Positions 1 through 12,860 of a stretch of DNA of 64,000 bases are shown here, piece after piece. The translations under genes were made by a program, and so were the position numbers. Below the pieces are notes generated by a model. The model searched no databases. It saw only the letters and a program-made list of their open reading frames with translations, and had not been told where the DNA came from. Each line of letters opens with the position of its first letter. Position 1 is the first letter of the stretch. Source of the stretch: Squalus acanthias (Eukaryota); the NCBI GenBank assembly GCA_030390025.1, contig CM059453.1:7564001-7628000 (forward strand), given 5' to 3'.

Positions 1-1144
1 CTCATCCCTCTTTCTACCCATGTCGTTGGTACCAATGTGAACCACGACCTCTGACCTTCAGAAGGCCTTCAGTCGTTCAGTGACATCCTTGACCCTGGCA
101 CCAGAGAGGCAACATACGACCCTGGAGTCACGTCTGCGGCCACAGAAACGTCTATCTGTTCCACGTACGTTAGAATCCCCTATCACTATTGCTCTCCCAC
201 TCTTTTTCCTCCCCTCCTGTGCAGCTGAGCCACGACCAGTGCCACGGACTTGGCTCTTGTTGCATTCCCCTGGGCAACCTTCTCCCCCATCAGTATCCAA
301 AATGGAAAATCTGTTGGAGAGTGAGATGTTCCCAGGGGACTCCTGCACTATGTTCCTCGTTCTTTTACTCTGTCTGGTGGTCACCCATTTCCTGTCTGCC
401 TGCGCACTCTTTACCTGCGGTGTGACTACCTCGTTAAACGTGCTATCCACGAAGATCTCTGCTTCGCAGATGCTCCACAGCGACTCCAGCCACAGCTCCA
501 GCTCCGAAACGCAGATTTCGAGTAGCTGCAGCTGGAGAAACTTCCTGCACACCTGTTCGCCCTGGACACCGAAAGTGTCCCTGACTCCCACAGAACACAG
601 GAGGAGCACTCCACGCTGCCGACCTGCCCTGCCATGTCCTACCCGTAATTTAATACATTTACTTCCTTTAATTTAACGAATATTAATTACACTAGGGACT
701 TTACTTCCCTTTAAACACTACTTAATCTGAACTAGAGACCTTACTTTTACTTTAACAACTGGACTGTAGAAATACTCACCAGCTCCTACTTACCAATCAG
801 CTCCTTCCCAGGTTATGACGTCACTTTAGCGGTTTCGCAGTTGTTGTTGTTTGACTGCACCCGCTCTCGGACTCTTTCCTTGGTGTAAAGTAAGAACCAA
901 TTCCCAACTCACAGCACTCTGTTTAAACCGCACTTTTATTTTTCTCCAGATGCGGTTGCGGGATGTCACAGAGCCGAACTCCCGCTGGTTCTCTGTCCGC
1001 TCTTGTGCAGCTTTTTAGCTCCTGCTATCATGGAAGCTGAGAAAGACAGAAAAAGAAAGGAACACCTCCCTCCCCGAACTCCCTCACTAACCAAACTCGC
1101 AGCTTAACACTCTGTTCCGAGCTGCACTACGTGACAAACTGCAC
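1..1144 (-). mobile_element. CR1-type LINE, 5' end (5'UTR and ORF1 with esterase/SGNH-like motif); continues beyond window start
   Basis: ORF 58..609(-) has AIVIGDSNVRGTDRRFCG and VCCLSGARVKDV, typical of CR1 ORF1. Similarity to the second unit begins abruptly at 1145 (taagtgtccggtc = 38739). Confidence 0.85.
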
Positions 1145-1729
1145 TAAGTGTCCGGTCTAAAGTAAACAGGCTTATCCTGTCGGCCAACGGGCACAACATT
1201 TGCACTTTTGCCAAAAGTAATTTATCAGGGATTAGAACTTCATCAAAGAATGCATCATGAAAAGCTCAGGCTCTGTAGCAGGGGAGCTCACTTCGATAAT
1301 AAATGGTTCGGAATGGCTCTCATCTAATTCGCATCAGTCATATTACATTAGAAACATTCATAACCATGAATCAATGATGGTGCCTCCAACAGATTTTTTA
1401 ATGTGATTGTTAATCTTTATTCTATGAACTTCCAGTCAGGTTCTGAGTTTAGTCAGTCATAAATGGAAGCAACAAAGGCCATGCCGAGTTAGTATCTGAA
1501 TCTATGGCACCAGGTCTCAGCTCTGCTTGGGCTTAATAAGAACTTAAGAATTAAGAAAAGTAGTAGGCCATACGGCTCTTCGAGCCTGCTCCGCCAATCC
1601 GGCAATCATGGCTGATCATGGAACTCAACTCCAATTTCCCGCCCGATCCCCATACCCAATATAGTGAATTAATTAGGAGCTTAATTATGCTTATTCAGCA
1701 ATCACGTTTTTCTTTAACGCCTGTTTCAG

Positions 1730-1987
1730 ATGGACTGGAAATCCCAACCGTCAACTCCTCTATAGCAGCTGTGGAAGGAAGTTCATTATTATTATACTGC
1801 AAGGCCTGGGGGAAACCCCTGGTCAGTTTAAGATGGGTGAAAAATGGTGAAGAGACCAGCAGGTCTTCCACTGGTGAACTAAAGCAGATATTCCACAACA
1901 TTCGTTCTGAGGACGAAGGTGAATATTGGTGCATAGCTGAAAATGTCCTGGGCACCGCCAACCGATCCACACAGATTTTAGTACAGT
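1730..1987 (+). CDS. Gene A exon, Ig domain 3 (C2/I-set)
   Basis: tttcag|AT..CAG T|gtaagt; LYC..LRW..EDEGEYWC; 258 nt. Confidence 0.9.
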
Positions 1988-4900
1988 GTAAGTATGTATG
2001 AATTTATCAATTAGATAGTAACCTTTCATTTCACGATCTCTGGATTCGATTCCAATTTTCTCTTGCCTGCTTGCTGGAAGGCGCCCATGTGCATGAGTTT
2101 GGGATAGTTTCACCCCTTCCCGCGGAAATAGCGGCAAACTACCTCGATGGCTCCAATAATGGAAACTAACCTGGCATCTCGCTCAGGATGACAGGAGTGC
2201 AAGATGGCACAGTGTCTCATAAATGCAGCAGTTCTTACAGTATTGCAGTTGCGACAGCAGCACATTTACTGGGACCTTTATTCTACAAATAATTGTTCAT
2301 AAATAATACTCGTAGTCTGAAATAAACCATTTTCCAACCCTTAGAACTGACTTGCAGCAATTGATGAGCACAAATTCTCTCTCAAAACAGTGTGATAAAA
2401 TGGTGTTAAGCTAACTCCTGTTCCTTGTATTAATGTTGAGTTAATTGTGTAATATTCCGAGACTTGGTTCTTTGAAGTGTCGCCTTGTTAGCCGGACGTT
2501 TATTGAAGAATCACGTCAATCCATCACTAATGAAGATGTTTAAAACAGTAAACAAAGTGAAGAAATTGAAATGACTTGACCTTTCAAAACAGTGAGGGTG
2601 AGACACGTTTATGGGTATATTATACATAATCAAAACTCTGAGCTACCTCCGTCTGAGGGTCCCTCACAACATCTGTCAGGAGAGGTATTGATGGACTGAA
2701 CACTCATTGGACTTAATATGAAATTGTTCCTAACGAGCTCACCTTTTATACGTGAAAATATAATAAGCCTTCAACTGGTGCAACATATGCTGCTTCATCT
2801 TAAAATATAACAACCAGAACTATTATGTTAGCTCAAGTCATTATTTAATTGTATTTCTAAACTGCAACTGTTTACATGATCATTTCCTTTTGAAGTTTCC
2901 ATTTTTTCTAGATAAACCCAGAATTTTAATAGGCCCGACATGCACCAGCTCAGAGAATTGGACGAATTGTAGCTGCCGGATCAGAGCCAATCCCGCGGGA
3001 AACATCACGTGGTGCCTCAATGGGAGAAGACTAACTGGGGACAGGTCAGATGTGGAAATCATCTCCTGGGCGGTGAAAAGTCACCTCATGGAGAGCTCCC
3101 TGAGATTGACTCACCCAACCGGAACCGGAAACCTGCTCTCATGTGTTGCAGCAAACGAGCACGGTGATTCTGCCAGCAAATACCAGCTCCACTCTAAGGG
3201 TACATGTTTAAACTGTCTGTAATTCAATACTATAAGGGAGTTGGTCCATCATGGTCAGTCACTAACTGAACGGTGTTAGTTTCAGCAAATACCAGCTCCA
3301 TTAAGCAGGTCCATACTGAATATATCTCTAATGAGTGCAAGGACCTCTTTCCATCAGTGGTCAATCAGCAACTGAAAGGTTGCGTCGGCATTATCCATTT
3401 TAACTTTCATTCTTCTGAAACTTGTTCGGTTTATATTTTCAAGATAAGATGGAATTATCTGAGCACCAGAAGTAGCCAGTGATCTTGGAAAACAAATTCT
3501 TCTGAATTAAGATATTTTTTTAGAAAATCCAAATTGCTCTCAATACATGATAGCACACTGCAATCAACCAGTTTGTAGATAAATGTTCATCTCTATTTTG
3601 TTGAAACTCATTTGAGTATGTAACGCCGAAAAATAATAACCTAAGCGAAATTGCTTTATCTCGAAAGATTATAAATCTTACCGCTGTAACTGTTGACCTT
3701 GGCGGGAATGTATTCCGATTAGATTATGTACACTGATTTTCCGAGGGTGGGTTGTCGCGTGAACTTAATTTATCAATTGAGATTTTTACATAAGCGAATT
3801 TTCAATTATTAATTCCAATTTACACCAGGATGCAATACAGGAATTAAAAGCTTTTATGCAAGGATCATGAGGTTGAGACAAGCGGAGTGCCTCACTTTCC
3901 ATGAGCTTTCTGATCCGAACAGAAAGGAAACTTGCTTCACCACACTCATAAATGTGCTTCTAAGATTGTTGTTTAAACACAACTTCGTAATGTACATCAA
4001 TGTTTTTTCCCCAACATTTTAGGAATATTCTCCACGACAATCGTCCTCATAATAGGAGGAGGAGCCACAGGGCTTGTTATTCTAATTGCAGTCGTGCTCA
4101 CGCTAAAGATACAAAGGTATGTGTGATTCTTAATTTCATAGAATGGTGTTTTAAAGATGACCCTATAGGCCAGTGATTGTTTTCACCTCCGTTGTAATCT
4201 GGATAAAGTTTGCAGCATGCTCAAAGAATAGGCGGATAATCCCTTTCAGTTTGTTTCTGCTGCTACTTTTATGGGGCACCCTCACACGAGCTTCCTTATC
4301 ATGTCAAGCTCTAACGACAGTACTACACAAGAATGATACTTAAGTTCTAACAATCAAGCTAGTAAGGCAAACAGCCTAACAACAAGCAAATAGTAAAAGT
4401 AATGTGACACATATGTTTACAGTACGTGTTAAGTTTGGTTTGCTCCAGGAATAGAACATTATATTTCAAAATTGTTTTCAATGATGTGCTAAAGTATGAA
4501 ACAAGCAATTATTTATGCTGCCCTTGTTATCTTATTCTTACCAGTGACTTAAGCTATTTGGTCTGACTAGTTCTCACTGAAAGCCGTAGACAAACTCCCT
4601 TCTTTTAAAAGGCAGGCTGATAATTACCTTCAGAATTGTGACCGGCTCCCAGTGAATTCAAATAACAATCAGATCGGTTTGCAATCTGCTGCCAATCAAA
4701 TTTATCCTTCAACCAATCAGACAGGATGTTTTCAATTGAAATCTATGACGTTGCTCCTCGGATAGGCGCCGCCCCTCAACAGCAAATGTTTCGACAAAAA
4801 CCGCAACAAAATGAGCCTAAACACTCGTGTGAGTGGTGCTATCTTTTAACCCTTCATGTACCATGATATATTTAAAGAAGGCAATTCCATGCTTAATAAT

Positions 4901-7900
4901 ATCAACTAATCAATGATCGCAAAAAGATTGATGAAGAATATTGATTCATTCCTGATTTCTAACTCCAATGTGTTGAAGTGGTCTACGTAAAAATAGAAAG
5001 GATTGAAACACTTGCATCTGCTATTTACCCAGGTTGAAATCATTAATAAACCTCCCACTGACCGTTATTTATCACACTCAACTTTCACCAAGAGCAATCA
5101 GCTCCGTGCCATTAACACCTATCTTACATAAAGTAAAATGTTCCCTTTTGAAATGTTGGTTGGTGGAAATTGAAAAGATTTTGTTTTGGATCTGGTCTGT
5201 GCTAATCAGTAGAAGTAATTGCCAAAAGGTGCCACATAAAAGGTTAGAACACAAGATTAGGACTCATGGGGTTGAGGCTAATATAGTAGCATCGATAGAG
5301 GGTTGGTTAACGGACAGAAAACAGACAGTTGGGATAAACGATTCTTTTTCAGGTTGGCAGGCTGCAACTCGTGGGGTGCCGCAAGGATCACTGTTGGGGC
5401 CTCAGCAATTTACAATCTATATTAATGACCTAGATGAAGGGACCGAGTGTAATGCATGCACGTTTGTTGATACAAATCTAGGTCGGACAGTAAGCTGTGA
5501 GGAGAACACAAAGAGTCTGCAAAGGGATATAGATAGATTCAATTAGTGGGCAGTAAGATGGCAGATAGAGTATAATGTAGGGAAATGTGAGGTTATTCAC
5601 TTTGGTAGGAAGAATAGAAAAACATAATATTTTAGAAATGATGAGAAACTTTTAAATGTTGGTGTTCAGAGAGATTTGGCTGTCATCGTGCAAGAAACAC
5701 AGAAAGCTAGCATGCAGGTACAGCAAGCAATAAGGCAGGCAAATGGCATGTTGGCCTTTATTGCAAGGGGGGTGGAGTATAAGAGTAAGGAAGTCTTGCT
5801 ACAATTGTACAGATAAGACCACACCTGGAGTACTGTTCACAATTTTGGTCTCCTTCTCTAAGGAAAGATAAACTTGCCTTCGAGACAGTGCAACGACGTT
5901 TCATTAGATTGATTCCTGAGGTGAGAGTGATGTCCTCTGATGATTGATTGTGTACAATGGGCCTATACACTCTGGAGTTTAGAAGAATGAGAGGTGATCT
6001 CATTGAAACATACAAGGTTCTGAAGGGGATTGACAGGGTCGATGCTGAGAGGTTGTTTCCCCCTGGCTGGAGTGTCTAGAACTCTGGGTGATAGTCTCAG
6101 GATAAGGGGTCGTCCATTTAAGACCTAGATGAGGAGGAATTTCTTCACTCAGAGGGTTGTGAATCTTTGGAATTCCCTGCCCCAGAGGGCTGTGAATGCT
6201 GAGTCTTTGAATATTTTCAAGGCTGAGATAAATAAATCTTTGGACTCTAGGAGAGTCAAGGTATACGGAGATGTTTTGGGAAAGTGAAGTTGAGGTCGAT
6301 GATCAGCCATGATCTTATTGAATGGCGGAGCAGGCTTGAGGGTCTCGAATGGCCAACTCTTGCTCCTATTTCTTATGTTCTTATGTTCTTAAGTCTTTCG
6401 TGACCTACTGACGTCCTTCATCGCGCAGGCATCGAGTACTTTCACTAAACATTCCAGTTAATTAAGAGAAGTGCCTAATTTGCATGTTTTATTGTTCAGA
6501 AAGAAACAGGGAGAAGCTGAACGTGTCTCCGAAGTACACGATGATTTGGTGATTTACAGTACGGTGCAGAAGGCAGTAAACACTGACGTAAGTGACGCAA
6601 AGCTGGGCTGCAATTGTAGGATGTTTTGTGTGCTTTCAACCAGCAAGTGATTCATAACGGGCAGTACCCAACAGATAAACTGGAGTATCAGAAACGCGTT
6701 GGCCATTAAGGGAGGATTAACCGCCTGACGGCGCCAAGAGTGCAACATAGCTACAGACTCTACGTGTAGTGACCGATTAAATCCAATTAGGGAGTATTTC
6801 TCACCCTAGCGTTCCTTCAAAAAACAAATTCTTAACATAAGAATGTGTTTCCAATGTCGTCATAGCCCTTCCAATTAGGTCTGATCTGTTAAATGCCCAA
6901 CAAGATCACAATGTGTCAGCGACCCCAGAGGGGATAATCGTTGCCATTCCTCAGGTTTATGTGCAACTTACGAGTTGCAGCTTGCTGCCGATGTGGGCCC
7001 CATGTTCCTCACCTTTGGGTAAGAAGGATGTGGCTTCAAGCTTCGCTCCAGCATTTGAACATATGATCTGGGCTGAAACCTCATTTCAGCACTGAAGGTG
7101 TGCAGCATTGGATGTTAAACGAGGCCCAGTTTGTTTCTTGCTATGGAGGGAATCGATCACTTGGTCCTATTGTGGGGATTGATGAGAGTTTTCCCAGTGC
7201 CCTTACTAACATTTCTCCCTCAATGAACACCAGCTAAAACAGATTAATTCGCCATTCATCCAATTAACTGGTTGCTGCATTTTTTCTACAACAGCGGCTG
7301 GAAATCAAAATATAATAATTGCATAGCAGAGCTTCGGTCTTAATAATCGTAGAATCATACAGCCCAGAAGGAGGACATTGAGCCCACGGTGCCTGTGCTG
7401 GCTCTTTTAAAGAGCTATCCAATTAGTGACACTATTCTGCTGTTTGCCCTTAGCATTGATTTGATTTTTTTTTCATGTTCACGCTTATATCCAATTCCCT
7501 TTTGAAAGTAACTGTTGAATCTGCTGCCACCGACCTACAGGCAGCGCATTCCAGATCACAACTCGCTGAGCTAAAAAAAAACCTTCTCACCTCCTATTTG
7601 GTTCTTGTCCCAAATGTCTTCAATCTGTGTCCTCTGGTTAGCGACGCTCCTGCCAGTGCAAACATTCTCTCCTAAATTTTGTATCAAAATTCTGCAGAAT
7701 TTTGATCAACAATATCTAATCTCTCTTTAACATTCTCTTCTCCAAGGAACCACAACCCCAGTTTCCCTGAACTCTATGTTTAAGTTCAGTCCCTCATTAC
7801 TGCTATAATTCTAGTAAAACTGCTCTGTATCCTCTTTAATTCATTGACAACCTTTCGACGGAGTTATGCAAAGATTTGGACAGAATCCGTCAGACGAGGG

Positions 7901-9593
7901 CTAACCACTGATGTATAAAGGTTCAGCGTAGTTTCCTTGTCTTCAAAATCTGTAACTCAATTTCTAAAAACCCGGATCAAGTATGCTATTTCCAAGCCTT
8001 AGAATCATTTTACAGTACAGAAGGCGAATATTCGGAATGTTGTACCTGTGCAGGATCTTAGAAAGCGGTTTCCAATTTAGTCCCACACCCCAGCCTTATC
8101 GACTCGTCTGGATATACAATTGCCAGGTCTTTGTTTCTTGCATCAAGACATAACAATGCTCGTCTCATTGAACAGCCCCATTATAAACCTTATTAGGGAT
8201 AATAGTTGGATTTTTTCTGGTGCAGACAGCACACTGCCATTGCATTCAGGTCCATATTTTATTTTATTCTTTTATGGGATGTGGGCGTCGCTGGCAAGGC
8301 CAGCATTTATTGAGCATCCCTAAATGACCTTGAAAATGTGGTGGTGAGCCGCCTTCTTGAACCGCTGCAGTCCGCGTGCTGAATGTAGTCCCACAGTACT
8401 GTTAGGGAGGGAGTTCCAGGATGTTGACCCATCGACGATGAAGGATCGGCGATATATTTCTAAGTGAGATGTGGAACTTGGAGGTGGTGGTGTTCCCATG
8501 CGCCTGCTGCCCTTATCCTTCTAGCAGGAAGACGTTGCGTGCTTGGTAGGTGCAGCGGCAGAAGCCTTGGTAAATTTCTGCAGTGCATCTTGTAGATGGT
8601 ACACACTGAAGCCACGGTACGCCAGTGGTGGTGGGAGTGAATGTTTAAGGTGTTGGATGGGGTGCCAATCAAGCGGGCTGCTTTGTCCTGGATGGTATCG
8701 AGCTTCTTGAGTGTTGTTGGAGCTGCTGCACTCATCCAGGCAAGTGGAGCGTATTCCATCACACTCCCTTACTTGTACCTTGTGGATGGCGCAAATGCTT
8801 TGGGGAGTCAGGAGGTGAGACACTCGGCACAAAATACCTTGCCTCTGACCTGCTCTTCTTACCATATATCTGAATAGCCCTGTTGTGGAGTATTTTAAAC
8901 CAACACTCGACACAAGGGTTTAGATCGATAGTCAAGTTGTCTTTATTTTCCGGTGGGGAGACATTCTGATCTGTCTTAGCCAGACTACTCCAAATTGTTA
9001 CAACAAACACTACATTTTTATACATTACAATACACATGACCATCTCATGCACAATTCATTCCTGCCACCTGATTGGTTCTTGGCCCGCATGCACCTTCAC
9101 GGATTGGTTACGAATCTTAATATAAGCATGTATAAGCTGCCTCTTCAATCAATCAGTCAAACTGCTGAATGCTAATTAAAAGATACCTTGGAATGGGACC
9201 TAGGTAATAATGTTCTTATGGGCTGTTGAAATGCTGGACATCCTGTCTACATTTAATTGTTTTATATCTCTCCAAAGGTCAGCTGTCGTTGACCACATCG
9301 TTATAGATGTGGCCCTTCATGTCAGCCCCTGCCTTTTTACACCATTCAGTGAAACTGCCAGCGATATCATTTTAACTCTTTCCCCACTGCAGCTCCACAT
9401 CTAACACAAACGCCTTTCGTTACAGAGGGACCATCAGTGTACAGAGACTGGTCGTGGCGCCGGTCAATCGACTAAACCAGCTCAGCGTGACGAGATTGTG
9501 TACGCGACCGTCAATTTCTCAAACTTCCGCAAACATGATCAATATATTCAAAATGAGGAGATCTGCGAATATGCAGCAATGAAACATAAGTGA
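1730..9593 (+). CDS. Siglec/MAG-like inhibitory receptor gene A, 3' part (exons 1730-1987, 2912-3199, 4023-4116, 6500-6587, 9426-9593)
   Basis: Five AG/GT-bounded exons with compatible phases (1,1,2,0) and no stops; same exon lengths as gene B (258, 288, 94, 88, 168). Leader, V and D2 exons lie upstream of the window. Confidence 0.88.
2912..3199 (+). CDS. Gene A exon, membrane-proximal Ig domain 4
   Basis: ttctag|AT..AAG G|gtac; GPTC-x8-CSC..ANP..W..SCVAANEHG; 288 nt. Confidence 0.9.
4023..4116 (+). CDS. Gene A transmembrane exon
   Basis: IFSTTIVLIIGGGATGLVILIAVVLTLKIQR; ttttag|..AG|gtat; no charged residue in the hydrophobic span. Confidence 0.88.
5220..6390 (+). mobile_element. CR1 LINE 3' fragment (RT end and 3'UTR), shared by both units
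   Basis: KVPHKRL..GVPQGSLLGP..YINDLD; tail ttcttatgttcttatgttctt. Confidence 0.9.
6500..6587 (+). CDS. Gene A cytoplasmic exon 1 (ITIM VIYSTV)
   Basis: ttcag|A AAG AAA..GAC|gtaagt; KKQGEAERVSEVHDDLVIYSTVQKAVNTD. Confidence 0.85.
7340..8060 (-). mobile_element. Degenerate CR1 3' fragment (counterpart ~45205-45900)
   Basis: atcgtagaatcatacag tail and decayed RT C-terminal sequence; boundaries approximate. Confidence 0.6.
8258..8861 (-). mobile_element. CR1/L2-group LINE 3' fragment, unit 1 only, TSD CCATAT
   Basis: MEYAPLAWMSAAAPTTLKKLDTIQDKAARLI; CCATAT at 8252-8257 and 8862-8867; empty site near 48782. Confidence 0.85.
8881..9391 (-). mobile_element. Solo LTR (511 bp), unit 1 only
   Basis: TG..CA ends (tgttgtgg / ccactgca), 4-bp flanks GCCC/GCTC; on the minus strand two CCAAT, then TATAAAA, then AATAAA in LTR order; absent at ~48795. 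Confidence 0.72.
9426..9593 (+). CDS. Gene A terminal exon (ITIM IVYATV and CEYAAM)
   Basis: ttacag|AGG..TGA; RDHQ..DEIVYATVNFSNFRKHDQYIQNEEICEYAAMKHK*; AATAAA at 9668-9673. Confidence 0.85.
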   Translation, partial: RDHQCTETGRGAGQSTKPAQRDEIVYATVNFSNFRKHDQYIQNEEICEYAAMKHK

Positions 9594-9971
9594 AAGTAAA
9601 CTGGAGTGAAACTGTTAGCGCGGATGGTCTTGAAACTGACAATAGTTTAAAACACCTGATGATATAAAATAAATCAAACATTGTATTGAAATAAGCATTA
9701 TGAGAATGGCGATGGTTGAGAAAATCGGTCGCATGTTTTGATTTAAGTTCTCAAAGTGAAGTTCATTGGAATACAGTTGAGAATGTGAATTTTTCATCAA
9801 TGTAACTTTTAAATTGCTTTAAATCTATTCTTTGAAAATAACTATTTTACAAACCATAGCTTGCATCGTCTCTCTCTGTTAATCTACTTTAATCGATTGT
9901 CCCGCAGTAGGAACCCTCACAACCGGGGATCAGGTTGCCAAAAAAGCTTGCAATGAAACACCAGAGACAAT

Positions 9972-10711
9972 GGCCCTGAATTTCCGTTCGGATGCTTCCG
10001 GCGGGCGGAGGCCTCCGATCGGAAAAACATCTACGAACTTACTTGCAGGTTCAGTAGATACCGAGGCTTGCGATCCTGGGCCTCTCCTCTTCGAAATGCG
10101 CAGAAGCCCAGGTATCCCAGGGGCGCATTCGGTTCCCAAGCGCCCCTGCGATCTCGTGGGCCAGGCGAACCAATGGAAGAAGGGAATCTCCCTTCATACC
10201 TTTTTGACAGTTGCGTCGGCACAGAACTGTCAAATGTATAAATGGGGATGACTACAAACATGCACCAACTCACTGAAATAAATAAATAAAAATCATTACA
10301 TTTATAACATTAATTAAAATGCCGTTTTATTAAATATTTTAAAGAGAAATTTAATTTTTTGAAAAATGAATTTAAATGTTTTAAAGCAGCTGAAAAAACC
10401 TTACATTATTGCAAATGTTTTTCAATGTTTAAATGATTGAAAAAAATAATTGTAATGTTATTGTAAACTCTTATGCTAGTAATATAACGCCTGACGCCTG
10501 CTTTTACTAGGCGTAACAATTCTATAGCCTTTCAGCGGGCGGAGGTTGAGCAAAAAGCGCATCTCTCCAGCCGCGGAGGCCCTGCTCAAGTGGATGCGGA
10601 GGATCCGGTATTAGCGCATGCGCTTCGCATGCCTGAACCCGGCTATTGCGCGGCCACTGCAGGTTCCTCCTCATCTCCTGCGCACCTGCAGGCGTCGCCA
10701 AATTCGGCCCC
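9972..10711. mobile_element. MITE-like non-autonomous DNA element (counterpart ~49373-50098)
   Basis: Imperfect TIRs ggccctgaattt / aaattcggcccc; GC-rich arms around an AT-rich core. Confidence 0.65.
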
Positions 10712-10931
10712 TAAACTTTACTTACTGGTGCGCCTAAAATCAGGTGCTTATTTAAAGAGATCCTTAAGGCAAAGCGCCTGTTTACATCATCGTATTGGCA
10801 TTCCTAAGGCTTAAACAAAACATTTAAAAGTCCAAAATTATGTACATACACTGTATTAAATGAATGTATGCAAACATCGGCCCGATTACAGTTTTAATGA
10901 TGTATGAAATTATCAAAAAGAAAAATTATTA

Positions 10932-11699
10932 GCCCTGAATTTGCGTTCGGAGGCATACTTCCGGAGTACACCTCTCACCAGCGAAATATTTCCGAACGAA
11001 GCCCTTGGCTCCACAGCTACGGAGAGTTCGGATGCTGGGATTCCCGGCGTCCGCCTGCGAAAAGCTAAGGTTCCCAGGGACGCAGACGGTCCGGAAACGT
11101 CAATGGGATCACGTGGGCCGAGTCCTCCAATCAGAATGGGGAATTCCATGCAGTCATTTCCGATGGGAATCCGCAAATGATATGCAAGTGAAGCCGTAAA
11201 TAATTAGACAATTCAGCCAACTCTAATAAACATAAATGTTCTGTTTTTCAAATTTATTTAAAAGTCCCTCAATCACTCCAAATGCAAGAAAAAAAATGTA
11301 TCTGATAAAGATTTTTAAACATTTTAAGCTGGGCCAATATTTGCATAAACTAATTTTAATTGTTTGTGCAGCATTTTTTATTTTTAAATTTTTAAATCAT
11401 GATTTATATTAACTGCTACGCTAGTGAAAGCAGACACTACGCATTATTTAACAGCCATCAGTGTTTCGTGGGCAATTGTTGGGCAGTAGTTGGGCAAATA
11501 GCCAAACTGTGCGACAGCGATTATGATTTCTCAGTCGGTTCTTTCGATTTCTCAAGGCGTACCTGGACAGATTGCGGGGTCCTGATTTGCGCGCATGCGC
11601 AACACATGAGCAGACCCGGAATTTGCGGGGCCCAAACTGAAGGAATTAGGATGGCATCGGCTGAGCGTATGCCGTCAAAGACACCATAAATTCTGGCCC
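10932..11699. mobile_element. Related MITE-like element (counterpart ~50567-51338), followed by an inverted partial copy to ~12030
   Basis: gccctgaattt / aaattctggccc; shared arm cggaggcatacttccggagtacacctc. Confidence 0.62.
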
Positions 11700-12860
11700 A
11701 CTGAGTTTGGTGGAATGAAGGTAATTGTGATTAAAATTTCAATTCTGTTAACTGTATAATTTTAAAAATTGGCATTCCCTTGCATATCATTAGCGGATTT
11801 CCTTCGGAAATGACTGCAAAGGAAATCTCCTTTGTCATTGGAGGACCAAGTACATGTGATCCCAGGTACGCTTCCGCACTGCCTGTGCCCTTGGATCTGT
11901 GGGCCATTACGCTGCCCTCCGCCATGAGGCCCGAGACCGCAACTTTTCGCAGCCTGCCCGCCAACAGGTGATTTCGTCATTGTTTGGCGGGTCGGAAGCG
12001 CACTCTGGAGGTACACCACCAGCCTCAATTTCCAGCAAACAATTTATGTCGACGTATTTGGTTTCAGGCTTCATTGTGCATCTTGACAGAAAAAAATCAC
12101 AGGATCTGTAAATCTGTTTTCCGCTCACTCACGACAACAGGTGAGTTTCTGATTTTTTTTTAAGACTTAATTGGCTCCTATCAGCCTCCGCCCACATAGC
12201 CCATGCACCTAGTTGAAATTGCGGGAGGGTGTAATTACAGTTTGATCAGTTCACACAGACAGTTTCCAATAGAAATGATGGCACAGGAACTTATCATGGG
12301 AAATGTTGACTGTAATTGCATCAGATGCATTTTTAAAATATTTTATTATTCGATTTTCCCAGTCACTCAACGCGTGGCAGGTCAGAGAGTGCGGTCTCTA
12401 TTGCGTGTCGCTGAAGACTTCTCATTGCCATTTTGCTCCCTCTATTTCCTCTTTTGCTTCTGTCACTCTCTTGTTCACTCGTTCTCTGATCTCCTGTGCT
12501 TCTCACCAATTAACTCTTCCCAATTTTGTCTCGCCCCCGACTGATTCTCTATATTTCTGTAACTTTTTTATTTCCTTTCAGTTTAATTCGTATTGCATGC
12601 AGCGATGCGGAAAGGAGTCACCAATGCCTGTATGATGGATTTGTCCTGTCGAATTCAGGGAAAATGCGGCAACGCCAACTCCCTTCCCACCTGTTCCCCA
12701 CACATTTATGCTTCCCCAATCTCCTCAATCCAGAACCATCGCCTACCCCGTCAAAGTCCCACTACTCCCTCACGTTTCTATAATTGCCACACGAATAGAA
12801 TTACCCATAACTCAGTCAAATTCCACTTGTTCCTTTGGTAACTGTCCCTTCATGAGAATA

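Noticed and set aside
80-676. 198-aa plus-strand ORF and other ORFs antisense to LINEs
   Set aside because: Shadow frames of retroelement ORFs.
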